In this document: positions 11,014-23,086 of the stretch, in pieces | How the letters are laid out: each line of letters opens with the position of its first letter | How positions within the stretch are numbered: position 1 is the first letter of the stretch | DNA from: Centroscyllium fabricii | Taxonomy: Eukaryota | Length of the DNA stretch: 64,000 bases | Direction of reading: 5' to 3' | Assembly (NCBI GenBank): GCA_051313645.2 | Contig: JBNRSN020000017.1 | Location: 13,764,001 to 13,828,000, forward strand | Program-made: the position numbers and the translations under genes | The notes under the pieces: generated by a model | The model's database searches: none | What the model saw: the letters and a program-made list of their open reading frames with translations, nothing else | Told to the model about the DNA's origin: nothing

Positions 11014-13107
11014 ATTATAAGGGTCAGAGACAAAAACCATCAGTCTGCCAAAAAACTCAAAATTCCCATAAATTCCCAAAATTCCCATAAATTCCTGAAA
11101 ATTCCCATGGAAAGTTTCCTCTTTTAAAAATTCCCGGAATTTTGCAACCCTAACAGCAATTCTTATTTTTTTAACAACGTTGATTTAAAAAAAAATTATG
11201 GTGATATACCCCACAGTACATAAAGGTTGCAAAATGTACCCAACTCACAACATATCAGAAATAGAAACTGAAATTACTGGAAACACTCAACAGGCAGGCA
11301 GCATCTGTGGAAAGAGGAAGGTAAGGTTAACATTTCAAGTCTTATGACCCTTGTATCAGACACTCGCAAAATGGCATTAAAACAGACACTCAAAGCCACT
11401 TCAGCTATGGCTGAGTTAGTTATTTAATTATTTATGCTTGCATTTTATTTCATTAAATTAACTGTTGTTTGGAACTAAATGATAATTATCCTAAACATTA
11501 CCCCTCCAAAATTTCAACAACTGCCACATGTTCTATAGTATGTTGTGTAAGGCCATTGGTGCCTCCTCCAGAATACAATACCAGATATTATCCTTCGTGT
11601 ATAAACATGGGCACCGACTCCCCACACTTACTTTACTGAAACCAGCTTTCTTAACTTGACAGCGCATTTGTAGGTCCACCTAGCAGTCAGGAGAGTCTGT
11701 AGTTTGCGGTATTTCTAATGTTACTTAGGAACAGAGAGGTGGGAAAAGATGAAAGCTGCAAGGAACTACAACCATTATGCAGGAAGGTAAAAATATTGAG
11801 AATCAGAGAGAAAACAAAGTACTTAATAAAGGGCTAAAAAGATTGCACTTTGATCCACTTTATTTATTCCCTGGAGTCTTGGGTTTGAAATCTAGCCCAA
11901 GAACAGGAACCAGTAATTGTGTTTGGGTTACTTTAAAAAAAAACAGTTAATTGTTGTTACTAAACCTCGTGGTGCTATAGCAACTGCCTTACAAAATGAA
12001 GGGTTTAGTTGACATTGTTGTGTTCATAAGTGGCTGCGAAATTAATTGCTGCTATGAATTTTAATGCAGTATGGAGTAGTACCGAGAAAATATAGTTCTG
12101 TTTACACTGTTGCCAACATTAAAGTAGATCAAACTTGACTTCAATTATGATGATCCAAACTCTACCTCTCGGAGCTTCAGTTTTACACCAGGTGATATTA
12201 CTGGTTACTATGCATGTTTTCAGTTTGCATGCCCCTTGGTAAAGAACAGGAAATCATCATTGGACATTTATATTACCTGGAAACAAACATTCAACTCCCA
12301 CTACCTAAACTGACTTGGAGGAAACAAAACTGAAATGTTTACTTCCACCAATTAGTTTCCTTCCCCGTTGGCCTTCCCTCAATTTTTTTTTTAATTCATT
12401 GATGGGATGTGGGCGTCGCTGGCTGGCTAGGCCTGCATTTAGTGCCCATCCCTAATTGCCCTTGAGAAGATGGTGGTGAGCCACCTTCTTGAACCGCTGC
12501 AGTCCATATGGTGTAGGTACACCCACAATGTTGTTAGGAAGGGAGTTCCAGGATTTTGGCCCAGCGACAGTGAAGGAGCGGCGATACAGGTCCAAGTCAG
12601 GATGGTGTGTGGCTTGGAGGGGAACTTGTAGGTGGTGCTGTTCCCATGCGTCTGCTGCCCTTGTCCTTCTAAGTGGTAGAGGTCGCGGGTTTGGAAGGTG
12701 CTGTTGAAGGAGCTTTGGTGAGTTGCTGCAGTGCATCTTGTAGATGGTACACACTGCAGCCACAGTGCGCCGGTGGTGGAGGGAGTGAATGTTGAAGGTA
12801 GTGGATGATGCGCTAATCAATTACGCCAGTCTTTGGCGAATCGTAATCAAAGGCTTTTATTCGCTAAGAACAAGACCTGGTCCGCGATGAGTCCCGCCCG
12901 GAATGAGAGTCAGGTGGGTGGAGCATCCTCCTTTATACTCATACCCGGAGGCGGGATCAGCTGGTCCAGGTCCTTACAGAAAGGAACAACTTTATTAGCA
13001 CAAACTATATACAATAATAACACAGTGTGAACTACACTAAATGGTTCACCACATTCACCCATTCCTTAAAAAACAAGTCCCACGGGGCGAACATCAGCAC
13101 TGCGTTA

Positions 13108-16100
13108 TCAGTCTTTGAGGAGGTCGAACAGTCCGAGAAGACCTGCGAAGCAATGGCGATTCACATGAAAAAGCGGGAGTAATCGCAATCGGAAAAGATG
13201 CTGACGGAGCTCCCGAAGTGAACAGGGACTCCACCGGTGGAAGAGTAGGTTCATACGCAGGAAGATCTGGTGGAGGTGTAGCAGCCGCCGGAGGTTGAGC
13301 AACGTGATGAACTCCGTCGTGCATTGTAGGTGGCAAGGGCCCCGATGTAATGTGCGCGGTGAATGAAAAGTAGGCCCCTGTTGTGGAAGTGCGACCTGGG
13401 AGGGCAAGGGCTCCGCCAACAACTCCCCATGAACGTCTCCAGCGGGCGCGAGGTCTCTAATCGAGACGGTATCCTCACGCCCGTCTGGGTACTCCACGTA
13501 AGCGTACTGAGGGTTGGCATGCAGCAGGCACACACGTTCAACAAGAGGGTCCGTCTTGTGCCCCCGGACATGTCTACGAAGCAGGACCGGCCCCGGGTTG
13601 GTAAGCCACGTCGGCAGCGACGTCCCCGAAGTCAATTTCCTGTGGAAAGAGAAAAGTCTCTCGTGAGGAGTGCAACCGGTAGCTGTACACAAAAGGGAAC
13701 GAGTAGCGTGGAGCGCATCCTGGAGGACCTCCTGCCAGTGGGAGGTTGGAAGGCCTTTGGATCGAAGGGCCAGAGAAATGGCCTTCCAGATGGTCCCATT
13801 AAACCGCTCTACCTGGCCATTCCCCCGGGGGTTGTAACTGGTCGTTCTGCTCGAGGCAACCCCCCTCGCGAGCAGAAAGTGACGCAGTTCGTCGTTCATA
13901 AAAGAGGACCCCCGGTCGCTGTGTACGAAGCCGGGGAGGCCGAAAATGGCGAATAGCGTGATAAAATGCTTTATCACTGTTGCACTCGTCATATCTGTGC
14001 ATGGGAATGCAAAAGGGAAACGGGAGAACTCGTCGACCACAGTGAGGATGTACGAGTAACGATTGGTAGAGGGGAAGGGACCTTTAAAGTCCACACTCAG
14101 GCGCTCGAATGGGCGGGTGGCCTTGATGAGGTGCGCCCTGTCAGGCCTGTAAAACTGGGGCTTGCACTCAGCACAGACAGGGCACTCCTGCGTCATCGCC
14201 TTGATCTCTGCAATGGAATAAGGGAGATTGCGTGATTTGACGAAGTGAGTGAGCCTGGTGACCCCCGGGTGGCAGAGATTAGCGTGGAGGGTCTTCAGAC
14301 TACCCGACTGGGCACTGGCACACGATCCTCGGGACAGGGCGTCCGGGGGATCATTAAGCTTCCCTGGCCGGTACAGAATGTCGTACTCAAAGGCGGAGAG
14401 TTCGATCCGCCACCTGAGGATCTTGTCATTCTTGATCTTACCCTTCTGTTTATGGTGGAACATAAACGCTACTGACCGCTGGTCAGTAAGAAGGGTAAAA
14501 CGCTTACCGGCCAAATAGTGGCGCCAGTGGCGCACTGCTTCCACAATTGCTTGGGCCTCTTTTTCCACTGAAGAGTGGCGGACTTCAGGGCCCTGTAGGG
14601 TACGGGAGAAGAAAGCAACGGGCCTGCCTGCCTGGTTGAGGGTGGCGGCCAGGGCGAAGTCTGAGGCGTCGCTTTCGACCTGGAAGGGGAGAGACTCATC
14701 AATAGCGTGCATGGTTGCCTTGATGATGTCCTGCTTAATATGTGAAAATGCAATTTGGGCCTCTAATGGGAGCGGGAAGGAGGTAGCTCTGAGGAGAGGC
14801 CGGGCCTTATCAGCATAATGGGGAACCCATTGTGCATAATACGAGAAAAACCCCAGTCATCTCCTCAAAGATTTGGGGGAGTGCGGCAGAGGCAGTTCCT
14901 GAAGGGGGCGCATACGTTCGGGATCAGGACCGAGGACCCTGTTCTCAATTACGTAGCCGAGGATAGCCAACCGGTTAGTGTTGAAAACACACTTATCCTC
15001 ATTGTAAGTGAGGTTCAGACGCTGGGCCGTATGGAGAAACCTGTCCAAATTGGCATCGTGATCTTGCTGATCATGGCCGCAGATCGTGACATTGTCCAAA
15101 TACGGGAATGTGGCTTGCAAATGGTACTGGTCAACCATTCGGTCCATCTCCCGTTGGAAGACCGAAACTCCATTGGTAACCCCAAAGGGGACCCGGAGGA
15201 AGTGAAAAAGGCGCCCATTTGCCTCAAAGGCAGTGTATTTATGGTCCTCAGCTCTGATGGGGAGCTGGTGATAGGCCGACTTAAGGTCGATGGTGGAGAA
15301 GACCTTATACTGGGCAATCTGGTTGACCATATCATTTATCCTAGGAAGCGGATAAGCGGATAAGCGTCGAGCCCAGTATAGCGGTTAATGGTCTGACTAT
15401 AGTCAATGACCATGCGCTGTTTGTTGCCCGACTTAACCACTACCACCTGGGCCCGCCACGGGCTGTTACTGGCCTCGATGATGCCCTCCCGCAACAACCG
15501 GGCAACCTCTGCCTTAATAAAGGTGCGGTCCCCCGCGCTGTATCGCCGACTCTTGGTTGCAATGGGCTTGCAGTCAGGGTCAAGGTTGGCGAACAGCGAG
15601 GGGGGGTCTATCTTCAAGGTAGACAGACCGCAAGAGGAGTGTGGTTGTGAGGCAGGGCAGTCACAGCTGCTGACCGTGAGAGGAGGCAGGGGACCACCGT
15701 ATGCCATCGTTAAGCTCTGCAGATGGCACTGGAAATCCAGGCCAAGCAACACAGGGGCACAGAGCTGTGGGAGGACGTACAGTGGAAAGTTGCGGTATGT
15801 CGTCCCCTTCACGGTAATGGTGACTGTACAGCAGCCGATGACGTCCATAGTCTGGGACTCGGAGGTGAGGGAGATTTTACGATGCGTGGGCCTAACCCTG
15901 AGGGAACAACGGCGCACTGTATCAGGGTGTATAAAGCTCTCCGTACTCCCAGTGTCGAACAGACAGCGGGTGAGGTGCCCCTCCACCCGGGTGGTCATTG
16001 TTGATAAAGTAAGAGACGGGTTCGGTGCCGTAGAGGCAAGTGTGGTGTGCGCGCTGGGGCCCTTGTGCGATGCAGGGTCCGTGGTTGGTGGCGGCGCCCG

Positions 16101-17622
16101 TGATTCGTACGTGGCGGGCCGCAGTGGTGTTTCGGACCAGTGGGTGAGTCTCCGAGAATGCCGTCGGGAAGACCGAAGGGCTCGCGGCGCAGCAGCAGCG
16201 CCCGGATGCTGAAGTGGTCTGGAGTAGTCTGTTGCAGCTGCCAGGACCACTGAGGTTGATTTAAAGTTACTAGTTGCTGCAGCAGCCTGTGCTTTAAAGA
16301 TCTTCCTATACAAAGATGGCTTCGGGCCCTCCGCTGTAGGTATGCAGGCCGTCCTGCACCAAGATGGCGTCGGCACGTGATGGGGCGGGACCGCTGATGC
16401 CGTGACGCGATCAGATGGTGGCATCACGTGATGGGGGGAACCGCTGCTGCCGTGACGCGGAGAGACGGCGGCGTCACGTGATGGGGCGGGGCCTCTGCCG
16501 CCCGTTCGGTCGTCGTCACGTGATGGGGGGACCGCTGGTGACGTGACGCGGGGAGACGGCGGCGTCACGTGATGGGGCGGGGCCTCTGCCGCCCGTTCGT
16601 GCCATTCCAGCCATGAAGAAGGCCGCGCCCCCCAAAGATGGCGACGGCGCCCACGTTTCAACTGAAGAGGAAGACAGCAGAACGCGGGAAATGGCGCTGG
16701 CAGGCCGCACCCGAGGCAAGGTAGGTAATAGTTTCTTAGAAAAACGCTGTTGGGGGGCGCCAGGTACCTGAGGCCACTCTGTGGCGTAGAGATCGCAGGC
16801 TGCAGCCGTTTTCTTAGCAGATTCCGGGGCCGATTGGCAGACCTTCGCAAAGTGGCCCTTCTTGCCACACCTGGAGCAGGATGCCGACTTCGCTGGGCAG
16901 GAGCTTCGTGGGTGGCGTTTTTGGCCACAAAAATGGCATTTCAGGGGCGCTGGCTGTCCGGATGGCGCCGTGGCCGCCACGGTTGCCGTCGAGGGCGTTA
17001 AACGTGAGTCCCAAGGCCCTAGGGAAACCGTGTGGGAGCCGTGCCCCGTGTACGAATCCAGGCTGTGGAGTGCCCCATCCACCGCATTGGAGAGCTTCAC
17101 CGCCTGGTTCAGGGACAAATTATCCTGCTCGAGCAGGCGGGTGCGTGCTGGGGCCGATCGGATTTCTGCCATGTAGGCATCGCGGACGAGGAGGTCCATG
17201 TGCTCCTGGGCGTTAACGGGTGCACATTCGCAGCGCAGAGCGAGAGCCTGAAGAGCCTCCAGGTACTCCTCGTTTGACTCACCAGGCTGTTGCCTCCGCG
17301 TGGCGAGTAGATGGCGAGCGTAGACGGCATTGACAGGCTGGAGGTACCGAGCCCACAGCAGCTCCAACGCTGCATCATAATCAGTGGCGTTCTTGATGAT
17401 TGCATAGACCCTGCCACTGACGCAGGAGACTAGGACCCGTCTCCTGTGCGTATCGCTGACTCCGGCCACCACCAGAAACGACTCGAAGCAGCTCAGCCAG
17501 TGCTCGAAGTCGTTCGAAGCGTTCAGTGCTTGGGGGTTGAGGTCGAGAGTCTTTGGCTTGAGGATCGATTTCCAGGTGTCTGGTGCAGCTGGCTGTTGGC
17601 TCTGTCCTTGCTCATCACCCAT
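13108..17622 (-). pseudogene. gag-pol of Gypsy element 2 (Gag with two zinc knuckles, PR, RT, RNase H, integrase), disrupted
   Basis: Gag 16516-17622 (CHFC..H..C, CSRC..H..C); FDTGS protease; RT IDLKSAYHQ...YLDN; SDAS RNase H; integrase SVDFKGP/HSDRG/GQVER; 7-bp duplication frameshift near 15355 and stop at 14857. Confidence 0.92.
16370..16600. repeat. Degenerate GC-rich tandem repeats at the gag/pro junction of element 2
   Basis: Five copies of CACGTGATGGGG(C/G)G with shared flanking CGGCGT / GACGCG segments. Confidence 0.8.
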
Positions 17623-20600
17623 TGTAAATCTTAGCGAATAAAATTGATGCGCTAATCAATTACGCCAGTCTTTGGTGAATCGTAATCAAAGGCTTTTATT
17701 CGCTAAGAACAAGACCTGGTCCACGATGAGTCCCGCCCGGAATGAGAGTCAGGTGGGTGAAGCATCCTCCTTTACACTCATACCTGGAGGCGGGGTCAGC
17801 TGGTCCAGGTCCTTACAGAAAGGAACAACTTTATTAGCACAAACTCTATACAATAATAACACAGTGTGAACTACACTAAATGGTTCACCACAGTGGATGG
17901 AGTGCCAATCAAGCGGCCTGCTTTATCCTGAATGGTGTCGAGCTTCTTGAGTGTTGTTGGAGCTGCACTCATCCAGGCAAGTGGAGAGTATTCCATCACA
18001 CTCCTGACTTGTGCCTTGTAGATGGTGGAAAGGCTTTGGGGAGTCAGGAGGTGAGACACTCACCACAGAATTCCCAGCCTCTGGCCTGCTCTTGTAGCCA
18101 CAGTATTTATATGGCTGGTACAGTTCAGTTTCCGATCAATGGTAACCCCCAGGATGTTGATAGTGGGGGATTCAGCGATGATAATGCCATTGAATGTCAA
18201 GGGGAGATGGTTAGAGTCTCGCTTGTTGGAGATGGTCATTGCCTGGCACTTGTGTGGTGCGAATGTTACTTGCCACTTGTCAGCCCAAGTCTGAATGTTG
18301 TCCAGGTCTTGCTGCATATGGACACGGACTGTGTCAGTATCTGACAAGTCTCGAATGGTGCTGAACAGTGTGCAATCATCAGCGAACATCCCCACTTCTG
18401 ACCTTATGATGGAGGGAAGGTCATTGATGGAACAGCTGAAGATGGTTGGGCCTAGGACACTGCCCTGAGGAACTCCTGCAGTGATGTCCTGTGGTTGAGA
18501 TGAATGACCTCCACCAACCACAGCCAACTTCCTTTGTGCTAGGTATGATTCCAACCAATGGAGAGTTTTCCCCTTGATTCCCATTGACTTCAGCTTTGCC
18601 AGGGCTCCTTGATGCCACACTTGATCAAATGCTGCCTTGATGTCAAGGGCAGTCACTCTCACCTCACCTCTTGAGTTCAGCTCTTTTGTCCATGTTTGGA
18701 CCAAGGCTGTGATGAGGTCAGGAGCTGAGTGGCCCTGGCGGAACCCAAACTGGGCATCAGTTAGCAGGTTATTGCTGAGTAAGTGCCGCTTGATAGCACT
18801 GTCGATGACACCTTCCATCACTTTGCTGATGATTGAGAGTAGACTGATGGGACGGTAATTGGCTAGTTCTGGAGTACAAGTCTTCAGTACTATTGCCGGA
18901 ATGTTGTCAGGGCCCATAGCCTTTGCAGTATCCAGTGCCTTCAGCCGTTTCTTGACATCACGTGGAGTGAATTGAATGGGCTGAAGACTGGCATCTGTGA
19001 TGCTGGGGACCTCAGGAGGAGGCCGAGATGGATCATCCACTCGGCATTTCTGGCTGAAGATAGTTGCAAATGCTTCAGCCTTGTCTTTTGCACTCACGTG
19101 CTGGGCTCCACCATCGTTGAGGATGGGGATATTTTTGGAGCCTCCTCCTCCTGTTAACTGTTTAATAGTCCACCACCACTCACGACTGGATGTGGCAGGA
19201 CTGCAGAGCTTTGATTTGATCCGATGGTTGTGAGATCGCTTAGCTCTGTCTATCGCATGTTGCTTCTGTTGTTTGGCATGCAAGTAGCCTCACCAGGTTG
19301 ACACCTCATTTTCCGGTATGCCTGGTGCTGTTCCCGGCATGCTCTCCTGCACTCTTCGTTAAACCAGGGTTGATCTCCCGGCTTGATGGTAATGGTAGAG
19401 TGAGGGATATGCCGGGCCATGAGGTCACTGATTGTGGTTGAATACAATTCTGCTGCTGCTGATGGCCCACAGCGCCTCATGGATGCCCAGTTTTGAGTTG
19501 CCAGATCTGTTCGAAATCTGTCCCATTTAGCACGGTGGTAGTGCCACACAACATGGTGGAGGGTATCCTCAACATGAAGATGGGACTTCGTCTCCACAAG
19601 GACTGTGCGGTGGTCACTTCCACCAATGCTGTCATGGACAGATGCATCTGGAGCAGGTAGATTGGTGAGGACGAGATCAAGTAGTTTTTTCCCTCTTGTT
19701 GGTTCTCTCACCACCTGTCGCAGACCCAGTCTGGCAGCTATGTCCTTGAGGACTCGGCCAACTCGGTGAGTTGTGGTGCCATCGAGCCACTCTTGGTGAT
19801 GGACATTGAAGTCCCCCACCCAGAGGACATTTTGTGCCCTTGCTACTCTCAGTGCTTCTTCCAATTGATGTTTAACATGGAGGAGTACTGATTCATCAGC
19901 TGAGGGAGGGCGGTAGGTGGTAATTAGTAGGAGGTTTCCTTGCCCATGTTTGACTTGATGCCATGAGACCTCATGGGGTCCTGAGTCAATGTTGAGGACT
20001 CCCAGGGCTACTCCCTCCCGACTGTACACCACAGTGCCACCACCTCTGGTGGGTCTGTCCTGCCGGTGGGAATGGTGATGCCCAGGAATGGTGATGCTGG
20101 TGTCTGGGACATTGGCTGTAAGGTATGATTCTGTGAGTATGACTATGTCAGGCTGTTGCTTGACTAGTCTGTGGGACAGCTCTCCCAATTTTGGCACAAG
20201 TCCCCAGATGTTTGTGAGGAGGACTTTGCAGGGTCGACAGGGCCGGGTTTGCCGTTGACGTTGTCGTTTCCGGTGCCGAGGTCGATGCCGGGTGGTCCGT
20301 CCGGTTTTATTCTTATTGTTTTTTGTAGCGGTTGTTTACAACTGAGTGGCTTGCTGGGCCATTTCAGAGGGCATTAAGAGTCAACCACATTGCTGTGGGT
20401 CTGGAGTCACATGTAGGCCAGACCAGGTAAGGACGGCAGATTTCCTTCCCTAAAGGACATTAGTGAACCAGATGGGTTTTTGCAACAATCGACAATGGTA
20501 TTATGGTCGCCATTACTAAGACTAACATTTAATTGCAGAATTAAATTGAATTGAATTTAAATTCCACCAGCTGCCGTGGTGGGATTTGAACCCATATCCT

Positions 20601-21088
20601 CAGAGCATTAGATTATTATCTCAGCATGTGGGTACCCACAAATGCAACATATTGATGCATTACTACGCACCCCATAAACCAGCTTTTTAAGAAAAATGCT
20701 TTAAGTATTAAGAGTAGCCACTGAGTATTTTAGCCAATTCACACAATTCGTGAGAGTGTCCTTTGGTAGGGGTGTCCAAGCTTTTTGCCTTTGTCGATTG
20801 CAAAATAAGGTTGAATGCACATTCCTGTTTATTTGCATCTATCTGGAGGCAATTTGCCTGTGCCTTGAGATAATTTGCGTGTATCTGAAGAAGGCTAAAC
20901 GATGTTGGCCCGGAATTTGCGGTAGTATAACGGTGAGCCTGTCAGCGGTCGCCGTGATTATTGGGTAAAACTGATAGCAACTTCTGGCATCCACACCTGC
21001 GCAGCTAAAAGCGGAAATCTGGATGTTGCTGTCAGGGATACCCGGCTCCTGCACAAGGTGCACTGTTGAAGTCTTCGCAGATGGAATA

Positions 21089-21417
21089 AACAACAACAAC
21101 TTGTATTTATATAGCGCCTTTAATGTAATAAAACGTCCTAAGGCGCTGCACAGGAGTATTGTAAGACAAAACATTTGACACTGAGCCACATAAGGATAAA
21201 TTAGGGCAGGTGACCAAAAGCTTGGTCAAAGAGGTAGGTTTTCAGGAGCGTCTTAAAGGAGGAAAGAGAGGTAGCGAAGCAGAGAGGTTTAGGCAGGGAA
21301 TTCCAGAGCTTCGGGCCTAGGCAACAGAAGGCACGGCCAGCAAAGGTTTCAGCGATTATAATCAGGGATGCTCAAGAGGGCAGAATTAGAGGAGCGCAGA
21401 TATTTCAGGGGGTTATG
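21089..21417 (-). mobile_element. L2-type LINE 3' fragment
   Basis: (AAC)n TTGTATTTATATAGCGCCTTT..AAGGCGCT tail, typical of the L2 3' stem-loop. Confidence 0.75.
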
Positions 21418-21710
21418 TCTATCCACATAGAATCACTGATTTACAATGAACTTAAACTAATTACTCACTATTCTCACTGTAAAGACCGATGAAAAACTTT
21501 AGCCTTACTTCCTGCTTTGCCATTTGTGAGAATTCTTCAACTGATTGGTTGATCAGTCTCCCTGCTGCCTGCTCTGTTCCCAGACCCAACAGACTCCCTG
21601 TAGAAGGTTAAAACTGATGTCAGAAAAGAGGAAGTCTACGCTCTTGAGCCTGCTAAAACTTTCTGGCCAGCTTTTTCCGAGCTGAATTGCGAGTGCCATT
21701 TATTCGCCGC

Positions 21711-21947
21711 TGGCGTATCGTCAATCGAACGCAAAAGACAAGTAGTTACCCAAACTATAGGCTTTTATTCACTTACAATGGAGCTGGTCTCCTGTCGAGT
21801 TCAAGGCGAGAGTGAGCGGGGTCAGGGCAGCCCTCACCTATATGCTCCGACCTGAGGGGAGGAGTTAGGGGTGTGGCTGACCTGGCCTAGCATACAATGT
21901 CAAGGTGAGCACATCACTATATACAATGGTAATACACGATTACCACA
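21711..21947 (-). mobile_element. Solo LTR
   Basis: TG...CA, 5-bp TSD GCCGC, similar to 33390-33670, 53092-53391 and 54402-54652. Confidence 0.9.
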
Positions 21948-22330
21948 GCCGCTAACCGCAAAATCCGGGCTGCTGTGATTTAACATTTATCGACTTATTG
22001 AAACAACAGCCCTTTCCAAAACTTCAAACTCACGAACTTCAAATAGGATGAACCAGTAAATAAGACATATGTGCCAGTAAATTGCCTGAGCTTGAAATGC
22101 AGGATTGTTGGATTCCAGAGACCACGTGTAATCCTAGAAGTGCAAGTTGGACAACCTTGCTTTATGGTATATTGATACTTTTCTAATTCTTGCAAACAAT
22201 ACTAATCATAATTTAATAATGAAATAAAAACATGCAACAAGCAAAAGGATGTCTTCTAAAATCTGTCTGCAGAGCAATCACGGTTTCATGTCCTCTGGAT
22301 TATCTTCTTGTCAGAATAAGCCAAGTACAC

Positions 22331-22645
22331 GGGCGGCACGGTGGTACAGTGGTTAGCACTGTTGCCTCACAGCGCCAGGGGCACGGGTTCAAATCCAGCC
22401 TCGGGTACTATCTGTGTGGAGTTTGCATATTCTCCCCGTGTCTGCGTGGGTTTCCTCCGGGTGCTCCGGTTTCCTCCCAGTCCAAAGATGTGCGGGTTTT
22501 GTTGATTGGCCAGGATAAATTGACCCTTAGTGTTAGGGGATTGAATGTGAGGGGTTACGGGGATGGGGTGGGATATGTGTCGGTGCAGACTCGATGGGCT
22601 GAAATGGCCTCTATCTGCACTGTAGGGATTCTACGATTCTATGAT
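22331..22645 (+). mobile_element. HE1-type V-SINE (short tail)
   Basis: tRNA head with A/B boxes, V-domain TGTGGAGTTTGCA..TCTCCCCGTGTCTGCGTGGGTTTCCTCC; (ATTCTATG)-like tail. Confidence 0.9.
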
Positions 22646-23086
22646 ACGAGGCTCTTCAATGACTGAGCTGGCTAGTTTATGAGTAGCAGGAAGTTCCCGA
22701 GTATTATTACAGACTGACCTGGGGCAAAATTAGTTAGAATTTGTGCTCCTGATTGTTGTTCAGCAACACCAGTACGTGCGCATTTGTGGATGTTGGGTGA
22801 GGACAGTTTCAGGCTCAACTGTGATGCCATCACAGACTAATAGTCTGTTGACACTGTCTAACCTCTCAAATGAATAATAGCCTCTTTGGCAAAGTACTGA
22901 AGGTGCTGTGGCATCATGAAACCATATCCCAGCAAGGTGTAGACGCCTTTGTTTGAAGAGGGGAGAGGAAATTACTGAGAGCAATAATAACATCTAACAA
23001 AGGTTGATTCCAATGAATCCTCATTGCCAGCATGAGTGATGTTGCTCGATGCTCCATAAAGCACAGTATAATGCTTGCTGACTGGT

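Larger units (their letters stand above)
3574..11152 (+). mobile_element. hAT DNA transposon (interrupted, non-functional)
   Basis: TIRs TAGGGTTGCAAA (3574) / TTTGCAACCCTA (ends 11152); 8-bp TSD ACAGCAAT at 3566-3573 and 11153-11160; subterminal AAATTCCC-type repeats; hAT transposase inside. Confidence 0.95.
12806..17892 (-). mobile_element. Full-length Ty3/Gypsy LTR retrotransposon 2 (YLDN RT, no tRNA PBS)
   Basis: 248-bp LTRs at 12806-13053 and 17645-17892 (7 differences counted by eye), TG..CA, 5-bp TSD GTGGA, PPT AAGGAATGGGTGAA before the 3' LTR. Confidence 0.97.
12383..20610 (-). mobile_element. CR1-group LINE (APE endonuclease + RT, no ORF1) with SINE-type 5' head, split by Gypsy element 2
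   Basis: EN (ILTESYL, VGDFN, LDLVL, SDH) 19250-20197; RT (NYRPISLL, QFGFR, GVPQGSVLGP, FADD) 18060-19283; continues 17893-18059 and 12452-12805; poly(A) tail at 12383; frameshifts and an internal deletion near 18865. Confidence 0.92.
20908..21970. mobile_element. Old Harbinger-type MITE interrupted by an L2 tail and a solo LTR
   Basis: Ends GGCCCGGAATTTGCGGT ... ACCGCAAAATCCGGGC. Confidence 0.6.

Noticed and set aside
11629-11720. Candidate minus-strand host exon ending in GTAAGT
   Set aside because: Short open frame with no recognisable homology and no supporting neighbouring exons.
13094-13400. env-like third ORF in element 2
   Set aside because: Short proline-rich integrase tail (RRSSRTVRPPQRL) shifted in frame; no signal peptide or transmembrane pattern.
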